Positions 41,142 through 51,363 are shown, counted from the first letter of the stretch. The stretch: DNA of 64,000 nucleotides from an uncultured Actinomycetes bacterium (GCA_963717645.1 CAVQWQ010000015.1:66766-130765); one strand, 5' to 3'. The notes: a model not told the origin generated them from the letters alone. A program made the numbers and translations.

Positions 41142-41735
41142 ATGATCCGGCTCCTCCTCCTCGCCCCGCCCGGAGGCGGGAAGGGCACCCAGGGACACCA
41201 GCTCGCCGCGGAGTATGGCGTTCCCCACGTCTCGACTGGCGAGCTCCTGCGGGACCACGTTGCCCGTTCCACACCGCTCGGCGAGCAGGTCCGACCCTAT
41301 CTGGAGCGGGGGAACCTCATCCCCGACGACCTCGTGCTCCGCCTCGTGCGGGAGCGATTGACCACGCCGGTCGCGCTGGAGGGGTTCGTCCTCGACGGGT
41401 TCCCGCGCACGCTGGACCAGGCCCAGGCCGCCTACGCCTGGGCGACGGAGCACGGGCTCACGTTCTCCGCCGTTGTCCATCTGGCCGTCCCCGACGCCGA
41501 GCTGGAGCGGCGGCTGCTCGAGCGGGGCCGCCTCACCGGACGCAGTGACGACACGGCCGATACCATCCGTCATCGACTGGTCCAATACCGAACGACCACC
41601 GACCCGCTGCTCGAGTTCTACCGCAAGCGGCAGATCCTCGTCGACGTGGACGGCAGCGGACCGATCCCCGAGGTGACGCAGCGGATACGGGCCGCGCTGG
41701 AGGCACGAGGCCTGGCGCCGGCGAAGAACAGCTGA
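41142..41735 (+). CDS. adk: Adenylate kinase, short-LID type
   Basis: APPGGGKGTQ, HVSTGELLR, LDGFPRT, GRSDD. Confidence 0.9.
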   Translation: MIRLLLLAPPGGGKGTQGHQLAAEYGVPHVSTGELLRDHVARSTPLGEQVRPYLERGNLIPDDLVLRLVRERLTTPVALEGFVLDGFPRTLDQAQAAYAWATEHGLTFSAVVHLAVPDAELERRLLERGRLTGRSDDTADTIRHRLVQYRTTTDPLLEFYRKRQILVDVDGSGPIPEVTQRIRAALEARGLAPAKNS

Positions 41736-41764
41736 GGTTACTGATCGACCCGAGGAGGTCGCCC

Positions 41765-42700
41765 ATGCCGCTCGACCCGCAGATCGAGGCCCTGCTCGAG
41801 CAGATGGCCGCCATGGAGAGCGTCGACTTCCGCGAAGTGACCCCGCAGGGGCTGCGCGAGACCATGAAGATGATCGCCGCCGCGGACGGTCCCCCCGAAG
41901 CGGTCGGCGCGGTGGACGACGCCAGCGCCAAGGGCCCCGCGGGGGCGATCCCCGTCCGCGTGTACCGGCCTGCAGGTGCGGGCTCGGCGCCGCTGCCGAT
42001 CCTCGTCTGGTACCACGGGGGCGGATGGGTGATCGGCGACCTGGATACCGCGGATACGACCTGCCGCAAGCTGGCCAACCGATCGGGCGCGCTGGTGGTC
42101 TCGGTCGACTACCGGCTCGCGCCCGAGCACCCGGCCCCGGCACCCGCCGAGGACTGCTGGGCAGCCCTGTGCTGGGTGGCAGAGCTCGCCACCGACATCG
42201 GCGGCGACGGCTCCCGGCTGGCCGTTGGGGGTGACAGCGCCGGCGGGAACCTGTCGGCGCTCCTCGCCGTGCGAGCGCGTGACAACGGGGGTCCGGCCCT
42301 TCGGTACCAGCTGCTCGTGTACCCGGCCACCGATCTCACGATGTCGTACCCCTCGCACGCCGAGAACGGCGAAGGCTACATGCTCACCAACGACGCGACC
42401 GCGTGGTTCCTCGGGCACTATCTCGGCCCCGACCAAGACGCCAAGCACCCCTCACTCTCACCCCATCACACCGGCGACCTCAGCGGGGTCGCCCCTGCCT
42501 TCATCATCACCGCCGAGTTCGACCCGCTTCGCGACGAGGGTGAGGCCTACGCCGCCCGCCTGCGTGACAGCGGCGTGGCCGCCGACCTGTGCCGCTACGA
42601 CGGGATGATCCACGGCTTCTTCCAGATGGGAGGGGTCACGCCCGTGGCCGACTCGGCTGTAAGCGACGCTGCCTCCCGGGTGCGCGCCGCCTTTTCCTGA
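41765..42700 (+). CDS. HSL-family esterase/lipase
   Basis: HGGG, DYRLAPEH, GDSAGG, DPLRDEG, HGF; GAGGAGG RBS. Confidence 0.93.
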   Translation: MPLDPQIEALLEQMAAMESVDFREVTPQGLRETMKMIAAADGPPEAVGAVDDASAKGPAGAIPVRVYRPAGAGSAPLPILVWYHGGGWVIGDLDTADTTCRKLANRSGALVVSVDYRLAPEHPAPAPAEDCWAALCWVAELATDIGGDGSRLAVGGDSAGGNLSALLAVRARDNGGPALRYQLLVYPATDLTMSYPSHAENGEGYMLTNDATAWFLGHYLGPDQDAKHPSLSPHHTGDLSGVAPAFIITAEFDPLRDEGEAYAARLRDSGVAADLCRYDGMIHGFFQMGGVTPVADSAVSDAASRVRAAFS

Positions 42701-42745
42701 ACGGTCGGTCCCTCCACGCTCGACGACGGCGCGACGCTTATCCGC

Positions 42746-43903
42746 ATGTCCCCGACACGCTCCCGCACTCACGGGCGGCACCGACGCCGCCGCTCCGCGC
42801 TGGGTCGCCGGCCGGCGCCCACCACATCGGCGCGAGCGGCGGGCCTGGGCGTGGTCGCGCTGGCCGTCGTGCTCGCCGCCTGCGGATCGGGCCAGTCCCG
42901 AGCGAGCAGCACGAGCACCTCGTCGCCGCGCCCTACCGGCGTGCCCACGACTGCCCCGCCCACGACCGCCCCGCAGACGACTGCCCCGCCGACGACGGCC
43001 AAGCCACCGCCCCCGGGGGGGCGGCCCTACGGCGTAGGCCTGGCGACGCTCAGCTATGTGGAGCCCCCTGGTCACGTGGTACCGGCCCCCTTCGCCCCTG
43101 GCGGAGCCGCCACAGCCCCACGCCGGCTCAGCGTCCAGCTGCGCTATCCCTCGACGAGCCCGCCCTCGGACAACGACACCGCGCTGGCGCCTCAGCAGGG
43201 AGGCGGTCCGTTCCCGCTCCTGGTCTTCGCACCCGGTCTGAACGAGGACCCGCCCCCCTACCAGCCGCTCCTGCACGACTGGGCCCAGGCGGGGTTCGTC
43301 GTAGCGGCGACGACGTTCCCCGTCACCAGCCCCAGCGTGCCCAACGCGGGCGACAAGGAGCGGGACCTCCCCAACCAGCCCTACGACGTCACCTTCCTGA
43401 TCGACAGCCTCACCGCCGCGGCCAACAATCCGTCCGATCCCCTCCACCAGCTGATCAACCCGACCGAGGTCGCCGTGGCCGGCCAGTCCGATGGGGGCAA
43501 CACAGCGCTGGCCACCGGCTACAACACCGCCTACCAGGACCACCGGATCAAGGCCGCCGTCATCCTCTCGGGCGCCCGCTACGGATATCCCGGCGGCACA
43601 TGGTTCCCCGCCGGGTCGCCACCCCTTCTGGCGACGCAGGGGACGGCCGACACCATCAACCCGCCGTCGCTGACCAACGACTTCTTCACCAACGATCCCC
43701 AGCCGGACAAGTACCTGCTGTGCATGCAGGGCGCGCCCCATCTCGACCCCTACGTGGCCCGCAACAGCTACGAGCGAGTGGTCGCGCAGGTGTCGAGCAA
43801 CTTCCTCGACGCTGAGCTCTACCACCAGCCCGGGTCGCTGGACGCCATGATGCAGGCGGGTGCCGTTCCCGGCGTGGCCGCCTTTGCCTCCCGGTGCGGA
43901 TAG
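42746..43903 (+). CDS. Secreted lipoprotein, alpha/beta hydrolase
   Basis: Lipobox LAAC, Thr/Pro linker, PFPLLVFAPG, GQSDG nucleophile, QGTAD, H. Confidence 0.75.
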   Translation: MSPTRSRTHGRHRRRRSALGRRPAPTTSARAAGLGVVALAVVLAACGSGQSRASSTSTSSPRPTGVPTTAPPTTAPQTTAPPTTAKPPPPGGRPYGVGLATLSYVEPPGHVVPAPFAPGGAATAPRRLSVQLRYPSTSPPSDNDTALAPQQGGGPFPLLVFAPGLNEDPPPYQPLLHDWAQAGFVVAATTFPVTSPSVPNAGDKERDLPNQPYDVTFLIDSLTAAANNPSDPLHQLINPTEVAVAGQSDGGNTALATGYNTAYQDHRIKAAVILSGARYGYPGGTWFPAGSPPLLATQGTADTINPPSLTNDFFTNDPQPDKYLLCMQGAPHLDPYVARNSYERVVAQVSSNFLDAELYHQPGSLDAMMQAGAVPGVAAFASRCG

Positions 43904-43993
43904 GACGCCCAACCCGCCGCTCCCTCAGGTAGTTCCGCGAGTCTTCGGCTGGCCCTTCTCGACCAGCCTGGAGCCCCCTCCCCGGTATGGTGC

Positions 43994-45964
43994 ATGAACG
44001 ATGGAACAGGAGCGCGCCGCCAGATGATGGGCCCGGGGGGCGGCCCGACTTGGGCCGGCATGCGCTCGTTCCGGCGCGACAGCTCCGTCAAGCACCAACA
44101 GCTGGCTCCGGGGACCGCCCGGCGGATCCTGCGGTTCGCGGCGCCCTACAAGCGGATGCTGGCCGTCTTCCTGGTCCTCATCGTCATCGACGCCGTGATC
44201 GGCGTGGCCAACCCGCTCATCTACCGCGACATCATCAACAAGGGGATCCTCGGTCACCGGTCCGGGCTGATCGTGGCCCTCGCCCTCCTCGTCGCCGGGC
44301 TCGCCATCGCCGACGCCGTGCTGTCACTCGGGCAGCGCTACTTCTCGGCGCGGGTGGGCGAGGGCCTCATCTTCGACATGCGGTCCAAGGTGTTCGCCCA
44401 CATCCAGCGGATGCCGCTCGCGTTCTTCACCCGCACCCAGACCGGTGCGCTCATCACCCGCCTCAACAACGACGTCCTCGGGGCCCAGCAGGCCTTCACC
44501 GACACGCTCTCGAACGTGGTGAGCAACCTCATCAGCGTGACGCTCGTCATCATCACCATGCTGTTCCTGTCATGGCAGATCACGCTCGTGGCGCTGGCCA
44601 TGCTCCCGGTGTTCGTGGTGCCGGCGCGATGGGTCGGCCGGCGGCTCCAGGCGATCACCCGCGAGAGCTACGGCCTCAACGCCGAGATGAACACCACGAT
44701 GACCGAGCGCTTCAACGTGGCCGGCGCGCTCCTGGTCAAGCTGTTCGGCCACCCCCGGGCCGAGTCAGGAGTCTTCGACAATCGGGCCGCCCGGGTGCGC
44801 GACATCGGCATCACCTCGGCCATGTACAGCCGGATCTTCTTCGCCGCCCTGATGTTGACGGCGTCGCTGGCGACTGCTCTCGTCTACGGCTGGGGCGGCC
44901 TGCTGGCTGTCAACGGAGCCCTCAACGTCGGGACCGTGGTCGCGCTCACGGCCTACCTCAACCGGCTGTACGGCCCCCTCACCCAGCTGTCGAACGTCAA
45001 CGTCGACGTGATGACCGCCCTGGTGTCCTTCGAGCGGGTCTTCGAGGTCCTCGACCTGCCCCCGATGATCAAGGACAAGCCCGACGCCGTCGCCGTACCG
45101 CGGGGACCCGCGAAGGTCGAGCTCGACCATGTGGACTTCAGCTACCCGACGGCGGAAGAGGTGTCGCTGGCCTCCCTCGAGTCCGTGGCGACGCTCGAAC
45201 GGACGGCATCGAAGCAGGTGCTGTTCGACGTCGGCTTCACCGCCCAGCCCGGACAGCTGATCGCGCTCGTGGGGCCGTCCGGCGCAGGCAAGACGACGAT
45301 CAGCCATCTCGTGCCCCGGCTGTACGACGTCACGCGCGGCGCCGTGCGGATCAACGGGACCGACGTGCGCGACGCCACGCTCGATTCGATCCGCGAGACG
45401 GTTGGCGTCGTCACCCAGGACGCCCATCTGTTCCACGAGACGATCCGGTCCAACTTGCGCTATGCCAAACCCGACGCCACCGAGGACGAGCTCACCGAGT
45501 CACTGCGGGCGGCGCAGGTCCTGAAGTTCGTCCAGGGACTTCCCGATGGCCTCGACACGGTCGTCGGCGACCGCGGCTACCGCCTGTCGGGCGGGGAGAA
45601 GCAGCGGCTGGCCATCGCCCGGCTGCTGCTCAAGGCCCCCGACGTCGTCGTGCTGGACGAAGCCACGGCCCACCTCGACTCCGAGTCCGAGGTCGCGGTG
45701 CAACGGGCGCTCAAGACGGCGCTCACGGGACGGACCTCGATCGTCATCGCCCACCGACTGTCGACCGTTCGGGAGGCGGATCTCATCCTGGTGGTGTCCG
45801 AGGGGCGCATCGTCGAGCGGGGGCGCCACTCCGAGCTCCTCGCTCGCGGGGGGCTGTACGCCGAGCTCTACCGCACGCAGTTCGAGCGCCAGGCCGACAC
45901 CGTCGGCCCTGGAGGCCAGCCCGATGACCAAGAGGTGCCGGCGCTGACCACTGGTGACGGCTGA
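43994..45964 (+). CDS. ABC exporter, fused permease and ATP-binding domains
   Basis: TM domain, GPSGAGKT, LSGGEKQR, LDEATAHLD, IAHRLST. Confidence 0.95.
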   Translation: MNDGTGARRQMMGPGGGPTWAGMRSFRRDSSVKHQQLAPGTARRILRFAAPYKRMLAVFLVLIVIDAVIGVANPLIYRDIINKGILGHRSGLIVALALLVAGLAIADAVLSLGQRYFSARVGEGLIFDMRSKVFAHIQRMPLAFFTRTQTGALITRLNNDVLGAQQAFTDTLSNVVSNLISVTLVIITMLFLSWQITLVALAMLPVFVVPARWVGRRLQAITRESYGLNAEMNTTMTERFNVAGALLVKLFGHPRAESGVFDNRAARVRDIGITSAMYSRIFFAALMLTASLATALVYGWGGLLAVNGALNVGTVVALTAYLNRLYGPLTQLSNVNVDVMTALVSFERVFEVLDLPPMIKDKPDAVAVPRGPAKVELDHVDFSYPTAEEVSLASLESVATLERTASKQVLFDVGFTAQPGQLIALVGPSGAGKTTISHLVPRLYDVTRGAVRINGTDVRDATLDSIRETVGVVTQDAHLFHETIRSNLRYAKPDATEDELTESLRAAQVLKFVQGLPDGLDTVVGDRGYRLSGGEKQRLAIARLLLKAPDVVVLDEATAHLDSESEVAVQRALKTALTGRTSIVIAHRLSTVREADLILVVSEGRIVERGRHSELLARGGLYAELYRTQFERQADTVGPGGQPDDQEVPALTTGDG

Positions 45965-45985
45965 GGTCGGCCGCCAGGCCGGCGC

Positions 45986-46324
45986 TCAGCCCTGGTGGCT
46001 GAGCTTGTACGACGCCAGGCCTGCCACCCGCCGGAGATGGGCGGGGCTGCGCTTGAAGCGAGGAGCGAGGGCGTCGAAGGACTCGCCCTCCTCCTGCCAG
46101 CGCAACAGGCAACGCTCGATAGGGCGGAGAGCGTGACGCCGCGGCGGTGTCGAAGTATGGCTCGGGTGCCGGGGTAGGTGGGCCATCTCGATCACCCGGT
46201 CGATGAACTCGGGGCTGCGCCGAAAGCGTCGGGCGATCTCCTCCCGATCCACTCCCTCGTCCTGGAGGGCGAGGACCCGCCGCTCAAGGGGTCGAAGCGA
46301 ACCCGGGACGGTACTCGTCGACAT
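45986..46324 (-). CDS. Small protein with two tandem HTH-like repeats
   Basis: LRPLERRVL...RFRRSP and LRPIERCLL...RFKRSP; GGAGG RBS. Confidence 0.65.
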   Translation of the reverse strand: MSTSTVPGSLRPLERRVLALQDEGVDREEIARRFRRSPEFIDRVIEMAHLPRHPSHTSTPPRRHALRPIERCLLRWQEEGESFDALAPRFKRSPAHLRRVAGLASYKLSHQG

Positions 46325-46471
46325 GCCATCACCTCCGCGCCGTTGCGGCTGGCTCCACTCGGGGCCGGCCCCAGTCTGCCACCGGGAGAAGGACCACCGC
46401 CGGACGGGCGCCGGCCAGTGCCCGAGATGGCCGCTGATGCCCGCCCGCTGGCCTGCGTCGGAGGAGCCGGT

Positions 46472-48607
46472 TCAGCCCTGCCCGTGGCGATGGCCGCCTG
46501 GTGCCGGGACCGGGGCCGGCGCCGGCGGGACCGGGGCTGGTGCCGGCGACGGAGCAGTTGGAGGCGGGGTGGCCGGTGCCGGGGCCGGGCCAGGCGCCGG
46601 AGGTGGGGTCGGCGGCGGTGGGGGCGGGGGCGGGCTGGTCAGTGCGTCCGGCGAGTCCTGGGCGATCAGGAAGTGCCCTGGCGGTATCTGGCTCGGGTCG
46701 GGAGCGGTGAAGCCGGCCACGGGCTGGCCGGAGAGCGCGGCGCTCATGAAGTCGTGGAAGACGCGGGCTGGATAGGTCCCCCCGAACACGTCCACACCCC
46801 CCACCCCGCGCATAGGTACCTGGCCCGTCGGTGAGCCCATCCACACCGCGGCGACCAGGTGGGGCGTGTAGCCCACGAACCAGGCGTTGGCCAGGTCGTC
46901 GGTGGTCCCCGTCTTCCCCGCCACTGGGCGGCCCGACAGCTGGGCCGCTGTGCCGGTGCCCCTCTGGACCACGGCCTCGAGGGCCTGGGTGGTGGTCCGG
47001 GCGACCTGGGGGGACACGGCCTGGGTGGACATCGGGTTGGCCTGGTACACCGCGGTACCCGAGCTGTCGATGATGCCCTGAACGAGGCTCGGCGTCCGGT
47101 GGACCCCGTCGGCCGCCAGAGTGGCGTACACAGAGGCCATCTGGAGCGGGGTCACCTCGTAGGACCCGAGGCTGAGTGACGGTGTGGTGCCGAGCTTGAC
47201 GGTCGCCGGGATCCCGAGACGGTGGGCCATGTCGATGACCTTGGGCAGGCCGACGTCCACCCCCAGGCGGATGTAGGCGCAGTTCACCGAGTTGGCGGTG
47301 GCATCGAGGAGGCTCATCACGCCCGCCCCCGCCTCGGCATTGTTGGCGACGTAGGGCGGCGAACCGGGCAGAGAGATCGTGCACGGCGAGGTCCCGTCAA
47401 TGGTGTCGTTCGGGCTGAAGCCGTTCTCCAGGGCGGCGGCGAGCACCACCGCCTTGAAGGAGGAGCCGGGCTGACGGCCGCCGCCCCCCCTTCCGGTCGC
47501 CACGTCGAAGCCGTTGCCACTGGATCCCGGATTGCCGGGCACGACGGCCCGCACGAACCCGGTCGCCGGGTCGACGGCCGCCACTGCGGCGGTGAACCGC
47601 CCCCCGGTGTTGGGCACCTCGGCCGCGACCGCCTGCTCCGCATCGTGCTGCAGGGCCGGATCCAGGGTGGTGTTGATGGTGAAGCCACCCTTGTACAGCG
47701 AATGCAGACGATCGGACGTCGTTGTGCCGAGGGCGTCGAAACGGTGGTCGCTGGTATCGAGGAGGGCGGCCTTCACATCGACGACGAAGGGGCTGTCCTG
47801 CTGCGACGGGGGTAGGTGAAGCGTCGTGGGCAGCGGAGTGGCTTTCAGCAGTGTGGCCTCGTCGGCGGTCAGGTGGCCGTTGGCCACCATGGCGTCGAGG
47901 ACCTGGCTCCGCCGCTCGGCCGCCGCCGCCGGCTGGCGGATCGGATCGTCGCCCTCTGGGTTGCGGATCTCCCCGGCGAGCAGAGCGGCCTGAGCCGGGT
48001 TGAGCTGGCTCACGTCCGTCCCGAAGTAGGTCTGGGCCGCCGCCTCGATCCCGTACGCCCCCTCGCCCAGGTAGACGGTGTTGAGGTACCGCTCCAGGAT
48101 CTGATCCTTCGTCATCTGCTGCTCGAGGCGGAAGGCCAGGACGGCCTCGTGAAGCTTGCGGTTGATGCTGCGCTGCGAATCCAGCACTGCGTTCTTCACC
48201 AGCTGCTGGGTGATCGTCGAACCTCCCTGCACGTCACTCGACGACACGTTGTTCCTGAGTGCCCGCAGGATGGCGGGAACGCTGACGGCTCCGTGCTGGT
48301 AGAAGTTGGCGTCCTCGGCGTCGAGCACGGTGTGGACCACCGTGGGCGGCACCTGCGAGAGCGAGACGGGGGCCCGGTAATCGGCATCCTGGAGCACGGC
48401 CAGCAGGTTGCCCTTGGAGTCGTACACCTTCGACGGGACATCCAGCGGCTTCAGTCGGACCGGCTGGCTCAGAGCCAGGGTGTGCGAGGCCCCGCCCAGC
48501 ACCCCGCCGACCGGGACCAGGGCGAGGGCGGCTAGTCCCAGCACGGTACCAGCGGCCGTCACGGTGGTCAGGAAGCGCCCCAGCTTGCCCATCAGCGGGT
48601 CACCCAC
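46472..48607 (-). CDS. Class A penicillin-binding protein (transglycosylase/transpeptidase)
   Basis: EDANFYQHG, GGSTITQQLVKN, SxxK in QPGSSFK, SVN, KTGT, Pro-rich tail. Confidence 0.93.
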   Translation of the reverse strand: MGDPLMGKLGRFLTTVTAAGTVLGLAALALVPVGGVLGGASHTLALSQPVRLKPLDVPSKVYDSKGNLLAVLQDADYRAPVSLSQVPPTVVHTVLDAEDANFYQHGAVSVPAILRALRNNVSSSDVQGGSTITQQLVKNAVLDSQRSINRKLHEAVLAFRLEQQMTKDQILERYLNTVYLGEGAYGIEAAAQTYFGTDVSQLNPAQAALLAGEIRNPEGDDPIRQPAAAAERRSQVLDAMVANGHLTADEATLLKATPLPTTLHLPPSQQDSPFVVDVKAALLDTSDHRFDALGTTTSDRLHSLYKGGFTINTTLDPALQHDAEQAVAAEVPNTGGRFTAAVAAVDPATGFVRAVVPGNPGSSGNGFDVATGRGGGGRQPGSSFKAVVLAAALENGFSPNDTIDGTSPCTISLPGSPPYVANNAEAGAGVMSLLDATANSVNCAYIRLGVDVGLPKVIDMAHRLGIPATVKLGTTPSLSLGSYEVTPLQMASVYATLAADGVHRTPSLVQGIIDSSGTAVYQANPMSTQAVSPQVARTTTQALEAVVQRGTGTAAQLSGRPVAGKTGTTDDLANAWFVGYTPHLVAAVWMGSPTGQVPMRGVGGVDVFGGTYPARVFHDFMSAALSGQPVAGFTAPDPSQIPPGHFLIAQDSPDALTSPPPPPPPPTPPPAPGPAPAPATPPPTAPSPAPAPVPPAPAPVPAPGGHRHGQG

Positions 48608-48735
48608 ACCTCATGCTTCGACACGTACGCGGACCACCCTTGTCGCGGGGCCGGGAGGCCGGGCGCTCTTCTGGTTCCACACGCCCCGTCGCTCGACCTA
48701 CCCCATTCGGAGGAACCCCTCACATCGACCGACGT

Positions 48736-48767
48736 GACAGGGCCGGCCCCGGAGGGCCGGCCCTGTC
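48736..48767. terminator. Perfect 14-bp stem-loop downstream of the peptidase fragment
   Basis: GACAGGGCCGGCCC-cgga-GGGCCGGCCCTGTC. Confidence 0.65.
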
Positions 48768-48792
48768 GTACGTCTCGGAGCCGAGAGCGCCG

Positions 48793-49146
48793 CTAGGAGC
48801 TGGTGGGCGCCGCGCAGCTGCTGGCGTAGGCGCAGTCGTTGAAGCCGTCGGCGTCGCTGTCGGGCGCCGAGGGGGTCGCCAGGGGGTTGCCGCTGGAGTC
48901 GATCAGCTGCAGCTCCTCCGACGCCTTGAGCCCGGCAGGGGCGTTGTTCGCCCTGGCCAGGTCGATGTTGACGTTCGAAAGGTCGGGCAGGGGCCCGACG
49001 CCGGTCCCCGAGGTGCCCACCACGACCGGCGTCTCCTCGATCCACTCGGCAGTGGCGTGCGTCGAGCTGTAGGGAGTGGTCATGGTGAAGGTCCGGCCTG
49101 AGGTGATGTTCTTCAGCGTGATCGTCCAGACGTTCGAGCCGGCCAT
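48793..49146 (-). pseudogene. 3' half of a G1 (eqolisin-type) glutamic peptidase gene, cut at the element junction
   Basis: WTITLKNITSG...TAEWIEETP matches the family's C-terminal catalytic-Glu motif. No signal peptide or N-terminal half; it ends 20 bp from the integrase ATG. Confidence 0.7.
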
Positions 49147-49165
49147 AGTGCGCTAGCATAGATGC

Positions 49166-50566
49166 ATGACCAAGCCCCGGAGCGCCTCCGTCTACTGCCG
49201 GATCTCCCGTGACCGCGACGGCGAGGGCCTCGGCGTGGCTCGCCAGGAGAAGGACGCCCAGGAGTGGGCCGCTCGCCACGGGTGGACCATCGCCGAGGTC
49301 TACGTCGACGACGACATCTCGGCCTACAACGGCAAGCACAGGCCCGCCTACCGTCAGCTGCTCAGCGACATCGCCGAGGGGCGGCGCGACGGCCTGATCG
49401 CCTGGCACCCCGACCGATTGACCCGCCGACCCACCGAGCTTGAGGAGTTGGTCGAGGTGGTGGAGGGAACCGGGGTGCCCATCGGCACCGTCACCGCCGG
49501 CGACATCGACCTGGCCACCCCCAGCGGCCGCATGACGGCCCGTATCCTCGGCTCGGTGGCCCGCCATGAGTCCGAGCACAAGGCCGAGCGCATCGCCCGC
49601 AAGCACCGCGAACTGGCCGAGGTCGGCAAGGTCTCCGGTGGCGGTCGCAGGGCCTTCGGCTACAAGGCGGGCGGGATGGAGATCGAGCCCGCCGAGGCCC
49701 GCCTCATCGAGGAGGCCGCCGAGCGGACGCTCGCCGGCGAGGCGCTCCGCTCGGTCGTGGCCGACTGGAACCGCCGAGGCGTCAAGACCGTGACCGGGGC
49801 CCAGTGGTCGGCCACAACCCTGCGGCGACTGCTGCGCTCGGGGCGCATCTCCGGTCAGCGCGAGCACCACGACCGCATCATGGGCACGGCGGCCTGGCCC
49901 GCCATCATCGACCCGGCCACTACGTGGCGCCTGCGGGCCGTGATCGACGACCCAGCCCGCTCAGGGCGTCACCGCGGGGAGAGCGACTACGTCCTCGCCG
50001 GGCTGATGCGCTGCGGTGCCTGTGGCACGACCCTCACTTCCCACCAAGCCTCGAGGAAGGGTCGGACCGTGCGCCGCTACCACTGCATGGCCGACCGCGG
50101 TGGGTGCAATGGCGTCGGCATCATCGCCGCCCCCGTCGAGGAGTTGGTCACCGAGGCGGTCCTCACCCGACTGGACAGCCCAGCCCTGCGTAAGGCCGTG
50201 GCTCGGCGCTCCAAGCCCCGCAACGGGGCCGAGAAGGCCCTACGGGCCCTGGAGGCCAAGGAGGCCGAGCTCGGCGAGATGTGGGCCGGCGGTGAGATCA
50301 CCCGCGCCGCCTGGTCGGCGGCCAGGGACCGGCTGGCCCGCGACATCGAAGCGGCCCGGTCGGCCACCAGCGGACAGGTCCGCGAGGAGACTGCCGCCTC
50401 CCTCATGGGCAAGGGCGCCGACCTCCGCAAGCGCTGGGATCGTCTCCCCACCGAGACGAAGCGGACCATCATTTCCACCGTGGTGGAAGCAGTCACCATC
50501 GCCCCCACCACAAAGGCGGTCAACCGCTTCGACGAGGGCCGGGTCAGCGTCCTCTGGAGGGCCTAG
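49166..50566 (+). CDS. Large serine recombinase (integrase)
   Basis: YCRIS catalytic Ser, YVDDDISA, RPAY, DRLTR, recombinase domain, Zn ribbon CGAC...C...C, coiled coil. Confidence 0.95.
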   Translation: MTKPRSASVYCRISRDRDGEGLGVARQEKDAQEWAARHGWTIAEVYVDDDISAYNGKHRPAYRQLLSDIAEGRRDGLIAWHPDRLTRRPTELEELVEVVEGTGVPIGTVTAGDIDLATPSGRMTARILGSVARHESEHKAERIARKHRELAEVGKVSGGGRRAFGYKAGGMEIEPAEARLIEEAAERTLAGEALRSVVADWNRRGVKTVTGAQWSATTLRRLLRSGRISGQREHHDRIMGTAAWPAIIDPATTWRLRAVIDDPARSGRHRGESDYVLAGLMRCGACGTTLTSHQASRKGRTVRRYHCMADRGGCNGVGIIAAPVEELVTEAVLTRLDSPALRKAVARRSKPRNGAEKALRALEAKEAELGEMWAGGEITRAAWSAARDRLARDIEAARSATSGQVREETAASLMGKGADLRKRWDRLPTETKRTIISTVVEAVTIAPTTKAVNRFDEGRVSVLWRA

Positions 50567-50861
50567 CCCGCTCCCGCCGGTACGCGTCCCGCTCACCCTC
50601 CGTCGTCCCGCCCCACACGCCGGCCAGGTTCTCGTCGGCCAGCGCGTAGTCGAGGCACTCCTCGCGTACCAGGCACGACTCGCAGACCCTCCGCAGGGCG
50701 CCGACGTCGTCGCCACGGTCGGGAACGAAGCGGAGGGACGGGTGCTCGCGGCAGAGAGCGTCACGCAACCACGCCGGCCGGCCAAGAAGCTGCTCCAGCG
50801 TCCGGGGCTCGGACGCCCACGGCGCCCGGCCAAAGACCGCGCCACCCACATCGAGGGCCAC
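50544..50861 (-). CDS. WhiB-family Fe-S transcription factor
   Basis: W..DALC...CESCLVREEC...GVWGG, four Cys. Confidence 0.9.
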   Translation of the reverse strand: MALDVGGAVFGRAPWASEPRTLEQLLGRPAWLRDALCREHPSLRFVPDRGDDVGALRRVCESCLVREECLDYALADENLAGVWGGTTEGERDAYRRERARPSRGR

Positions 50862-50964
50862 GGATGGTCGAGCCTAGAACCTGCGCTCGTGGTCGCATAG
50901 CCCCCTAACGACGAGGGTGCGACGGTTGTTCGCCCGTTGCCCGCTCGCCGGCGCCGCGCCACGC

Positions 50965-51363
50965 TCAGGAGCCGTCGCCGGACCTCTCGGCTCCTCGGAA
51001 CCAGCCAGCTACGTCGGCGAGCGCAAGCCGCCACGTCCGGGATTCGCCTCCTACCGTTTCACGGAGGTGAAGGAAGGCCCCTGACTCCTTAGGCCGAGGC
51101 TGGGTCACCTGTTCCTCTCGCCACTTGTCGAACTTCGCCCGTTGATCAGCCTTAGGCTGGCCATCGACCCCTGCCTCAAGGGCCTCGGACTTCTCTATGT
51201 TCCTGCTCGCAGGCTCGTTGACCCACGCCCGGCGACTGACCAGGCGCCCGCTCATTTCCCGACCACCCACCAAGACGACGACCGGCAGCTCGAACGGAGT
51301 CTCCTCCTTGTCGAGCTCCTCCACAAGCGATACCAGCTCGCTCAGCGCCAGATCGGCACTCAT
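50965..51363 (-). CDS. Hypothetical protein, GvpU-like
   Basis: VVVLVGGREMSGRLVS...FLHLRE...WRLALADVAGW pattern; ATGA overlap with the upstream ORF. Confidence 0.55.
   Translation of the reverse strand: MSADLALSELVSLVEELDKEETPFELPVVVLVGGREMSGRLVSRRAWVNEPASRNIEKSEALEAGVDGQPKADQRAKFDKWREEQVTQPRPKESGAFLHLRETVGGESRTWRLALADVAGWFRGAERSGDGS

Noticed and set aside
46472-46640. G-rich repeats
   Set aside because: They encode the ordinary Pro/Ala-rich PBP tail.
49100-49170. tRNA or tmRNA integration target
   Set aside because: No cloverleaf or T-loop motif seen; the junction lies in a protein-coding sequence. No tRNA or rRNA was recognised anywhere in the window.
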